DNA of 55,941 bases, filler included, from Circinaria calcarea (Eukaryota): assembly GCA_051942165.1 (NCBI GenBank). It is 5 parts of 5 records of this genome, joined end to end, with 100 filler letters (N's around TTAATTAATTAA, not from the genome) between each part and the next. Parts side by side here need not be neighbours in the genome. Positions count along the whole stretch, not along the records: positions 44,853 to 55,941 come from JAVECS010000713.1; 4 more parts are not named here. One strand, given 5' to 3'. The position numbers were made by a program, and so were the translations under genes. This document shows positions 48,302-55,941 of this stretch, piece by piece. Under the pieces are notes generated by a model. That model was not told the origin of the DNA, made no database searches, and was given only the letters and a program-made list of their open reading frames with translations. Position 1 is the first letter of the stretch, and every line of letters starts with the position of its first letter.

Positions 48302-51300
48302 TCAAATTCTAAGTCCACCAAACTGTCGCTCCAAGTCCGCCGCAGGTCTGACGCCACCAATAGCCCGATGATCATGACCACCAACCGGAGAACCACATTG
48401 TGGGCATTGAGAGGTTTCCATCGGCATACCACACTCTCCAATCGTAAATGGGTGACCATTCTCACAGTAATACCAATGCCCAGTGCCTCTAAAGTCATGT
48501 GCCATGGCCGCATACACGGCAGCTTTTTCCTCATTGCTCACTGGCATATAGAATGTCGAATCGCGCAGCATCTTCTCAACGTCCTCAACTTCGTTTCTCA
48601 TGCCTGCTGTTTGGCCAGGATGTTTATCACATATTTTGTGTGCGAGTTGAAGATGTCCCCTGGCCTCATCTAAGAGCTGTGTAAGCTCTGATCCAGGCTC
48701 TGCGAGGCTCCGCTCGAGGGCGAGAAACCGTGCCCAGTATAGGTGGCCCTCGACTGTGTTTCCTGGTTGATTTTTTGAGTGGGATTCTGCTATCAATTTT
48801 TCGCATTCCTTTCTGTTGATGCTCAAATCGACCTGGACGCTGGGAGAACTTGCGCTGGTCTCGCTTTTCCGATCATTGAGAAAAGTCAGGAGGATGGTGT
48901 AGTCGCATCTAATGAGCAGCACTGTGGTTAGAAGTCGGTTGCGCACCTGAAGAATATCGACTTTAGAACCTAAATCGATATTGATGCCACGATGTCTACG
49001 GGCGTCTTGAACGAGGTCGTAGATGCGGCCAAAGGGTTGTTCTTTCTCATTGACTTGTTGCAGAAACTTCTTGATCTCTCTTCGAAACTCGATGATCATT
49101 TTATATCGGTTCTCTTTTCGGGTGAGTGTTATGATCTGGGAGATCTGTTGATCACGAGTCCCCTTTAACTGGAGCGGTCCTGACAAAGGAGTCTCTGGCG
49201 ATACCCCATCGGATGCTTTTGGGCCGCCTCCAACGATCTCACGGAGCTCTGCCTCAATTGCTTGCATCCTGGTGACCAGAGGAATGAACCCTATGTTAGC
49301 CCAGACGATGAATTTCTTTGTCGCCTCGTCGATCAATGCTCGGCGAACGATATGACTATAGCGGTTGAGGTTTCGCAAAGGGCCTCTGCAAGTTGGGCAG
49401 CTTTTCATCCCGGAGGCAGAGAATGGTTCAGCGCTGTTCTTCAGGTCCACGATTGACCCTTCGGTATTCATAATGTAGAAATCCGACATGCTCATATGTC
49501 CGTCCATACTCTCCAAGGTTAGAACGTGTCCACATGGTGGTATGATGCAAGGATCCTCATCAAGGTCGACCTCCTCAAAAGTGGATGACAAAATGAAGTC
49601 AACGACTATTCTCTTGATTGTTGGGTGCGCACAAATCTGACAATATGTAACACCTGGACAGACCTCCCCACAAATGGACGGACATCGATGCCCACAAGCC
49701 AACATCTTTTCACAGCGCTCTGAGCATGGTAGCAGATCACAGGGCACTGCACATGGTAATGGACACCGTCCGCGGTGTGGACAAGACCAGGAACAATCCT
49801 CAGCACATGGTGCGCAAGGCTCATGACATAGCTTGCTGCAATTCGAATGATTGCAGCTGACTTCGCAGAGTTCAGTGCAAAGAGGACAGGGCATATCGCC
49901 ATGGCATGGAGCTTTGCAGCTATGACTGCAGGTCGTGTATGGTCTTCCACACTGGGTGTTGCAAACTCCATGTATCTTCTCAACAATCATACCGTCAATC
50001 CTGATATTGCAATTTTTGCAAGTATGCGTGCAGTTGTGTCCACAAGTCAGCGCTGCTCCGCAGGTTGCTGAACAGAGGTAATCAACATCCAGAGGCAGTT
50101 CGTGACAACGGACTCGGATTCTATGTTTGCAATGCTTCATGACTTGTTCCATCTGGACCTGACAGCGAACTTCCTCTGGTATCTGCGCCTCATGACATCT
50201 CAGCCGCTTGGCAATGTGTCCACATGGTAAAGGGATATCAAATAATACGACTTGGCATTTTGGCTCGCATAGATCTCCGCAAGGTCTCGGACACTCATGC
50301 TCGCAACCTTTCTTTGTTCTTGGACAGCGTTCAAGGCAACGAACTGAGTTATGCAAAGATGTAGAATGGCACATATTAGGACAGGAATGCCCACAGAGTA
50401 GTCTCGACGAGCATCTCTTAGCACAACCGCCTTCAGGGGCGAGCCGAGCGAAATCGTCCGGCACTGAGACTTCGATGGGTGTTTCTTTATGTCGAGGACA
50501 GCATAGCGCAAGGCTTGGACCGATGTTATTTGAGCGCTCTAGAATAGAGAGTACTTCAGCCCACATGGGAACAGGCCTCGAGGTATCGGAGTTACCGATG
50601 ATATACATCCCATGTCGTGCACGACTCATCAGCACATTAATGCGATTGGAAGTCTTCAAGAATCCACATTTCCGCTCGTCGTTGCTCCGAACTAAGGAAA
50701 CCACAACAACTTTTGCCTCTTCGCCTTGAAAATTGTCCACGGTAGCAATCCTCAAAGCATTAAGTAGTGTCGTTTTCTGGACTTGGACATGGCCATCTGT
50801 AGATGTTTCCGGGTCGTCTTGAAGTCCCTTAGCTTCCAACTCTTCTTGATCTCGATCCCCAACAACAATCTCGAAGGAATTCGCTAGTCGCTTCTTGATT
50901 TTCTGCAATTGTCCCAGATATGGAGTAATAACTGCAATATCCTCACTCCCATACGTTCCTTGCCTTACAAGATGTGAGACAAGAGCAGCGATCATCTCCA
51001 CTTCGAAAGTATTGGTTCTGGATAAGGAGACAGCTTGGGCAGGTCGTGGGTCTTCTTTTTCCTGGTGGTCAAGCCAATATAAGCGATCTCGCATCCCATC
51101 GACTTCCGGATATCCTAACACTGAGGGATGATCTTGCAAGTCTGGATAAAGCGGGACTCTGACTAGCTCTGAGATGGAAGGGTGCATTCGTCGCTGAGTC
51201 TTCAATGTACTCAATGGTACCTGGAGATTCCCCATCTGCGGCCTGACGAGACGCTCAAACAGCGAGATGTCGAGGGAATATCTCTTGCCTCGGGGATTGT

Positions 51301-54142
51301 CGTGTTGAAGCTCGTAGTTATTTATTTGGGGCCGGAGTTGTTCGTGATCGCCGATCAAGATTGCATGTTCAACTCCAGGTAGGAATGCAGTGAGGGTGTG
51401 TGCCTCGAGAACTTCTCCAGCTTCTTCGCAAAGCATGACTTTTGCTCGCACGCGCTGGAGCAACTCGATGTTCCTTGCCAACCCGGACGTCGTCACGCCG
51501 ATGATGTGCGCTTCTCGGAGACATCGAAGATCCAGTTCACTGTGACATTTATCCAGCGCGGATTTGGAACCATGGTAGGAATCCAGTGCATGAATGAGAT
51601 CATCGGTGAGTTGCGCACTCCTTTGCTCAATCCAATGCTTGTGGAGAATACCACGCTCCGACGCCGACATCTCTCTCAGAGAAATGGCCGAGAGCTGAGC
51701 AACAGAACGATTCGAAGTGAGTTTCTTCGGCGCTCCTCTAAGCCAACTCTCCACAACCCTAAACTTCCTTCCCTTCACTTCCTGAAACCCCTCCTCATCT
51801 ACCCCCTTCGCGAAAAATTCCTTAAAATGCCGATTATGGGTCCTCATAAGATGGGCTTGGATATTTGCCCAAGAATATGGATTATTCAACCCCGATAATA
51901 TATCTTCGATTTCTCGCAGTGTTTCCCCAATGTCCCGATTATGTTCCCACCTATCATGTTTTTCCGTCTTCGTTGGTACAGCTTCTTGCGCTACATTGCG
52001 GAGAGTGAGATTTTGAAGCAAATCGGATTTGGATCGTGAGCCTAGACGGATGACTTGCATTACGCCGTCCTTCACTAAGTGCTCTAGCAACTGATCGAGA
52101 GCATGATTCGTGTAGCATACACAGATGATGGGACCTAGCTCGGCTGCCTTTCGGTTGTGGAGTAAAGCCTTGATGATTGCTACACCGGTATAACTCTTTC
52201 CTGTACCTGGTGGGCCTTGGATAAGAGCTAGTCCTGTACTGAGAGCTTGGATGACGGCGAATTGTTGGGCTTCGTCGAGCGTGGATCCTTCGTCCAGCTT
52301 GGTGAAATCGAATGATTGCCCGGGTTTTAGAGTCAGTGGTACGCCGGCGAGAACGTCGAGGTTGAAACTGAATCCTCTTTTGGTCGCGTATGCTGGAGGT
52401 TTTATGACGGTAGCAGAAGTCTGCGAGTCTGGTGCTATGATCTCCGCGAATGGAAGGCTCAGTTTCCGGCTCATTTTCTGCAACGCTTGCAGAGTTGGCT
52501 GAAAAGAAGGTAGGAGCACCCCCGGGAACTCAACGAGTGATTGTCGAGTTTTGGAAGGTGCAATGTGAGTACTGATCCAAATGGCATCTTCCGTTTTATA
52601 TTCAGCCAGGCCTAGTAGCACAGACGCACGATTCGCTTGTCTGAAAAGGCTGGGAATATCATCTGATCTTCTCTTGTCGTCTGAATTGGAGTCCTTTCTT
52701 CCGTGTAATGGCAATCTTGGATCGCAGACAGACAAGAAGATGATTTTGCCATTTGAAGAGACGAAACAGATTAGCGAATCGACTTGCAAAAGCTTGCTTC
52801 CTTTCCACCAGTCTTCTCGCTGCTTTATGGATTTGTTGTTGATTTGGGGAGGTTGGTCGAATTCTGCTACGACTTGTAGACCCTTTCTGCGATCTACACA
52901 CATACGGGAAAAGCGGGCGTTGTGATAGATGAGCTTCCGAACGCCTTGTTGACCTTGGTGTGTTGTTGATACATTACGATTTGGATGTTCTAGTCTCGTA
53001 ACCTCTTCACGCATTGCGTCTCGCAGTTGTCCCACTGCATCCTCGCGGAGGAGTCGGAATTGTCTGTCCAGGATTCCGGCGAGACCCGACAGGTGGTGTT
53101 GTGTTGAGTCGATTAATGGGAGGTATTCTTGTCGTGTGGAAGCGATCTCTTGCGGTGTGGGGAGGATCTGGATATTGACGATACTCGCATGGTCGTTATC
53201 GTGTCGAGCGCCGTTGTTGGAGAGATTTCCAGGCAAGTCTTGACTCAACTCGAAGGCTGCAGATAGGAGGTTTTGCGGAGTTGATTGGGTTGGTGCGAGA
53301 GGCAACGAAGAGCCGATGTTGAGACGACGTCTGATTCGGGTGAGGCTTTGTTGTGCATTCGGTACCATGAAATTCTCTGGAATGCAGGCAGAGATTGTCT
53401 CTATAATGGCAGTGAAGCCTTCAATGACTTGGGCACTCTGGTTGATCTCGATCAGCCGGTCTAGAACTGCGAGACTTGATGATATGGCAATGGTAGAGAC
53501 TTCCTCATCGCTTGAAGAATGTCCCAAAATCATTCCACTTAGAGCAGTTGCTGTAGAGCGGAACACACGGAGACCACGCCGACCACCGGGGCCGAAGAGA
53601 AAGGTGTAGATGGTATAAACAGGAATCTCCAGTACTAGCGAGGATAGCACATCCGGGTGAGAGATGATCCTATAGAAAGGAAGAGTCCTATCTCTAAATA
53701 TCGAGATGATAGTTTCGTCCTTTTGGCTAACATCCATATTATCCGTTAGGGTCTTGATGATTGCAAGTCCCGTCTCTGCACCGAGTTTGGTGATGACGTG
53801 CTGGCGTGTTCCTGCATCCTCGCTCTCAATGAGATTCCAGCCCATCTGGAAGAACTTTTCCGTGTCCACAGCAACTTCGAAACGTGAGGAGCTCGTGTTG
53901 GGTCTGGGAATCATGTATGTCCATTTTCGGCAGATTGCTTCAGTTTCAGTCTCCTCGCGAAGCTGTGGATTTGTAGTGCTTGATGAGCTTGCGGCGGTCG
54001 TTGGTGTGTCATGGCTGAATCGACAGTGGGTGCCGCGGTGGCAACGGCCGCGTTTGAAGTCGAAGCAGGGCCTTGGTCTATTGTGTCTTGAAGTCAGTGG
54101 TTGTTCTCATAGAAAAGGTAGAGCATCGAGTACTCACGGCAT
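48302..54142 (-). CDS. ZNFX1/Hrr1-like protein (~1926 aa): CCCH finger, Upf1-like SF1 helicase, NF-X1 zinc fingers, C-terminal RZ finger; exon 1 54142-54138, intron 54137-54078
   Basis: Helicase motifs QGPPGTGKS, EEAGE, IGDHEQLRP, TVDNFQGEE and RINVLMSRAR. Many C-x-x-x-L-x-CGH-x-C repeats; RZ finger HWYYCENGHPFTIGECGMPMETSQCPQCGSPVGGHDH. A 5-nt exon ATGCC and a GTGAGT..CTGAC..TAG intron add MPPRPCFDFKRGRCHRGTHCRFSH in frame upstream of the listed ORF. Confidence 0.92.
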
Positions 54143-55139
54143 TCTAGAAGGCGTGTATTGGGATCTTCTAAACTTATGGATGATTGACTAAAAATTGTAA
54201 GCAAACGGGCAGAGCAAGCAATGTTGCTGATGGTTAGAGGTTGCGCCTTGAGAAGGTTATGATTGAAGGAAGTAGAGAGCAGAAAGCGGCAAAAACATCG
54301 ATGATTCGATAAGACTCCCTTTGTGTACCTCCCATTTTACTTGAGGCAGCTTTGAGGCTCCAAACGACTGCTTGCGCGATGCGTTGTTTGAAAATCAACA
54401 ACCAATCAGACGAAGGAGGCCTGCCCGGGCACCGCAACGGCCATTTCAGATAGCTATCTCAGAGAAACTGTAGGTCACCACGAGGTACTGATACAGAACA
54501 ATACCTTTCCATCACCGTCGACCCTGCTTCGAACGAGGTTCTAGTCCGAGGCTCTCATCCTAAATCTAAATGGCAACCTAATTATCGGACTTCACCGTAA
54601 GTTGTTCACCTTATGAGATGCCAAGACTTTGTTCTAGGCATTTATGAACAACACTGTACAACTCGAGAGCGGGGTTGATAAAGCACAGCTGCAGGGAACG
54701 AGAGCATTCACATGTAGAACAGGTCAACGAAGCAGCATTAGTCCTGCTGTACTTTTATTCCGAGCTTTCGAGTTAACTCCTAGCTTCTGATTCGACCCTC
54801 CCTCTCTTTCTTCTCGATGCAAGGGAGTTCAATAACCCGGCGCAATCAAACCAGCTTGCAATATTGATCTTCTAAATACCACAAAACGCAAAGTTCAACC
54901 CGTCCGGTGTTTGCTTCCAATACGCAGATACCTGAACATGTTGATTTAGGAATAACTGCAAGTTCCTGCACGAATCGGTTTTAAACTTTTCGTTCCGTGA
55001 TGCAAGTTGTGAAAGCCTTCTTTCCATATCAAACAGTAACAAGTTCTAGGGGTCTTTGAGGAAAAGAAATAGGAAAAGGAATCTCTAAGACCTTGTGCAC
55101 TGGCCGATGCGCTTGACTATTTCTTCGCGGGCTACCTAT

Positions 55140-55330
55140 CAGATGGGAGAGGCGAGAGGAACGCCGCAAGAGCAACGAAGTTACCTGATGAATGTCAGCC
55201 AATCCTTCTCTTCTCTAGTTAAGGCTGCCATCAATGGCATATACATCCATGAGTTTTTCGGCAACGCAATAACCGATGTGGGATTTAGCAAGCGACTCCG
55301 AGCCATGGTCCAGGATATTCTATCGGCGAA
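55140..55330 (+). pseudogene. Fragment of a fungal Mx-like dynamin-family GTPase (middle/stalk region)
   Basis: MGEARGTPQEQRSYLMNVSQSFSSLVKAAINGIY.HEFFG....GFSKRLRAMVQ resembles the LG..R.T..EQR.YL..IS..F..LVKAA..G.Y...FF...RLRA.VQ block of fungal dynamin-like proteins. No GTPase domain is visible, and the fragment is cut by repeats at ~55335. Confidence 0.6.
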
Positions 55331-55380
55331 TATCTGCCACGCACCCTAAAGATACCATTCCGAGCTCCCACGCACCCTAT

Positions 55381-55560
55381 CACGCGGGTGACAAAAAAGT
55401 TCGGACGTTACCTATTTACCCACCGTAGTCGCTCGCGTAAAAGGGGCCCCTAAATTTGTGGTGAAGCCCCGAGCTACGGGGGTCTCAGGCCTGTTGTTAG
55501 TGGGCATATACGGTCGGCAAGTAAATAAGTAATATCCGAACTTTTTTTATCACCCGCGTG
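55381..55560. mobile_element. 180-bp MITE with ~39-bp TIRs (CACGCGGGTGA...) and 5-bp TSD CCTAT
   Basis: Left end CACGCGGGTGACAAAAAAGTTCGGACGTTACCTATTTAC. Reverse complement of the right end CACGCGGGTGATAAAAAAAGTTCGGATATTACTTATTTAC. CCTAT at both 55376-55380 and 55561-55565. Confidence 0.9.
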
Positions 55561-55720
55561 CCTATCATATCAGCCACGCACCCCTGCCCTGAAACGAAGT
55601 GAAACGAAGTGGAAGGGTTTAACTTCGGCGCAAGATTTTCCGAACCGAACCAAAATTTTGCGGTGTTCTCACTCTAGCCGCAAAAATTACCTTATTAGGC
55701 TTAGCTTATCGCTTGATCGG

Positions 55721-55785
55721 GCCTAGTTTTTCGTTTAATCAGGCCTAGTTTTTCGCTCAATCGAGCCTAGTTTTTCGCTCGAATA
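55721..55785. repeat. Three 22-bp tandem repeats (GCCTAGTTTTTCG...) within a RIP-affected element end
   Basis: Units gcctagtttttcgtttaatcag / gcctagtttttcgctcaatcga / gcctagtttttcgctcgaata, followed by degenerate TATGC-type repeats to the end of the window. Confidence 0.7.
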
Positions 55786-55941
55786 GGAAAAATATCTACT
55801 ATATTCAGCGTAGCGTACTAATTTTTATGCTGAGCTTATGCTATTTTATGCTTCTTGTTATATTATATTATACTGCGAGTTATGCTATATTACGTGCTCT
55901 TTCCATACTATACTACATGCTCTTTCCATGCTATGCTGCAT

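Noticed and set aside
55721..55785. CRISPR-like short repeats
   Set aside because: Head-to-tail tandem units without unique spacers, in a eukaryotic context with no cas genes.

Overview
Eukaryotic DNA from a filamentous ascomycete (Pezizomycotina-type short GT-AG introns with CTRAY branch sites). It consists of five contigs joined by artificial 100-nt spacers (N44-TTAATTAATTAA-N44), so adjacency across the spacers is not proven. Contig 1 (1-11115) holds a mitochondrial carrier, a PTH11-like membrane protein, an intronless COQ2/UbiA prenyltransferase, a solo LTR, a SAM methyltransferase, a decayed SesB-like hydrolase ending in an amyloid-like tail, and an orphan ORF. Contigs 2-3 are housekeeping: CWF19-like/DRN1, UTP20, PRP39, PRP28, MRPL25 and APE2. 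Contig 4 has about 8 kb without a recognisable gene, followed by a Clg1/Mug80-like cyclin. Contig 5 (44853-55941) is an accessory, RIP-scarred region. It contains a second copy of the solo LTR, a degenerate Crypton tyrosine-recombinase transposon, an intact ~1926-aa ZNFX1-like gene (CCCH finger, SF1 helicase, NF-X1 fingers, RZ finger), an Mx-like dynamin remnant, and a 180-bp MITE with CAC termini and a 5-bp TSD. The most interesting candidates are the ZNFX1/Mx-like defence-type locus among transposons, the Transib-like MITE, a candidate poison exon in PRP39, and the SesB-amyloid relic. All family calls come from motif recognition by eye; no database searches were run.
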